Source: an uncultured Chloroflexia bacterium (GTDB taxonomy: Bacteria; Chloroflexota; Limnocylindria; Limnocylindrales; CSP1-4). From it: a stretch of DNA of 64,000 nt. Of the stretch, positions 63,191-64,000 are shown in pieces. The stretch is taken from positions 973,324 through 1,037,323 of the forward strand of contig CAVRHM010000002.1 of NCBI GenBank assembly GCA_963721015.1. The letters run 5' to 3'. The position numbers and the translations under genes are program-made. Position 1 is the stretch's first letter; each line of letters begins with the position of its first letter. The notes below the pieces were generated by a model that did no database searches, was not told the origin of the DNA, and saw nothing but the letters and a program-made list of their open reading frames with translations.

Positions 63191-64000
63191 CGGACGGTCG
63201 ATCCTGCGGTCGCGGCGACGAACCGGTCGAACACGGCGAGCGCGTCGAGCGGTCCGGGCGCGCCTTCCGGGTGGTACTGCACGGTCTCGATGGGCAGCTC
63301 GGCGTGGCGGAGGCCCTCGACCGACCGGTCGTTGAGGTTGAGCTGGCTGACCCGGAACCCGGATGCTGGTCGGCAGCGACTCGCCGACGACCTGGACCTC
63401 GTGGTTCTGGGCGGTCACCTGGACGAGCCCGAGGTCCACGTCCTGGACCGGGTGGTTGGCCCCGTGATGGCCGAACCGCAGCCGGCGGGTGTCGGCGCCG
63501 GCGGCCCGGCCGACGATCTGGTGTCCGAGGCAGATCCCCAGGAGCGGCCGCCCGTCGTCGATGATCGCGCGGGCCAGGGCGACCTGGGCCTCCAGCCGAG
63601 CCGGATCGCCGGGACCGGGCGACAGGATGATCCCGTCGACATCGGAGGACAGGACATCGGCCGCCGAGACCGTGTGCGGGAAGACCCGGACGCGGGCACC
63701 GCGGTGGCGCATCGCCTGGACGATGTTCGACTTCAGGCCGAGGTCGACGATGCCGACCAGCGGGCCGCCTTCGGCCGCTCGCCCGTACTCGGTGATGGCC
63801 GGCGGCGAGACCTGGGACACGAAGTCCTGGTCCTCCCAGCGCTGGACCGCGGCGGGCCGCCGCTCGGGCCGCCGTCCTCGTCGATCGCGCCCGGGGCGGT
63901 GACGATGCCGCGCAGGCAGCCGTTGGCGCGCAGGTGGCGGGCCAGGGCCCGCGTGTCGACGCCGGCGATGGCCGGGATGCCGTCGTCGCGCAGCAGCGCG
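63187..64000 (-). pseudogene. carA: carbamoyl-phosphate synthase small subunit (glutamine amidotransferase), frameshifted; 5' end beyond window
   Basis: GATase motifs LLGICLGHQ and [14 protein letters not shown] in frame ending 63041. Expected C-terminus not in same frame. Gene runs past position 64000. Confidence 0.55.

Overview
High-GC (~70%) actinobacterial-type chromosomal segment, annotated by eye from the six-frame ORF track and motif recognition; no searches were run.

The window is dominated by aerobic carbon-monoxide-dehydrogenase-type molybdenum hydroxylase loci:
- A form I locus on the minus strand at 15.6-21.1 kb: coxM-coxS-coxL (large subunit carries the AYRCSFR active-site motif), an XdhC/CoxI fused to a C-terminal TRASH/YHS zinc-ribbon domain, and coxG. 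An ArsR-SRPBCC regulator lies immediately upstream.
- A form II-like locus on the minus strand at 35.0-40.4 kb in S-L-M order (large subunit carries AYRGAGR), followed by a molybdopterin-binding protein and OsmC.
- A detached maturation block at 28.2-34.0 kb: coxD (MoxR AAA) - glycogen-debranching-enzyme-like - coxE (VWA) - xdhC.

Other content:
- a ChlI/MoxR-VWA operon with a class II aldolase (0.3-6.4 kb);
- an ABC-2 transporter with a small intervening ORF and rsgA (8.5-11.6 kb), preceded by a promoter-leader-terminator region;
- two tandem double-GNAT (MshD-like) paralogs;
- a MocA-like nucleotidyltransferase-SAM methyltransferase fusion;
- a Tad pseudopilin cluster with an ECF sigma/anti-sigma pair;
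- a sigK/rskA-like pair, TPR-rhomboid, two M16 peptidases, an arsR-copC copper module and carAB at the 3' edge.

From ~40.5 kb to the end most genes are interrupted by frameshifts. The first 40 kb is essentially intact, apart from a DHFR-like pseudogene at 22.8-23.3 kb.

No rRNA, tRNA, CRISPR array, transposase or integrase was recognised.
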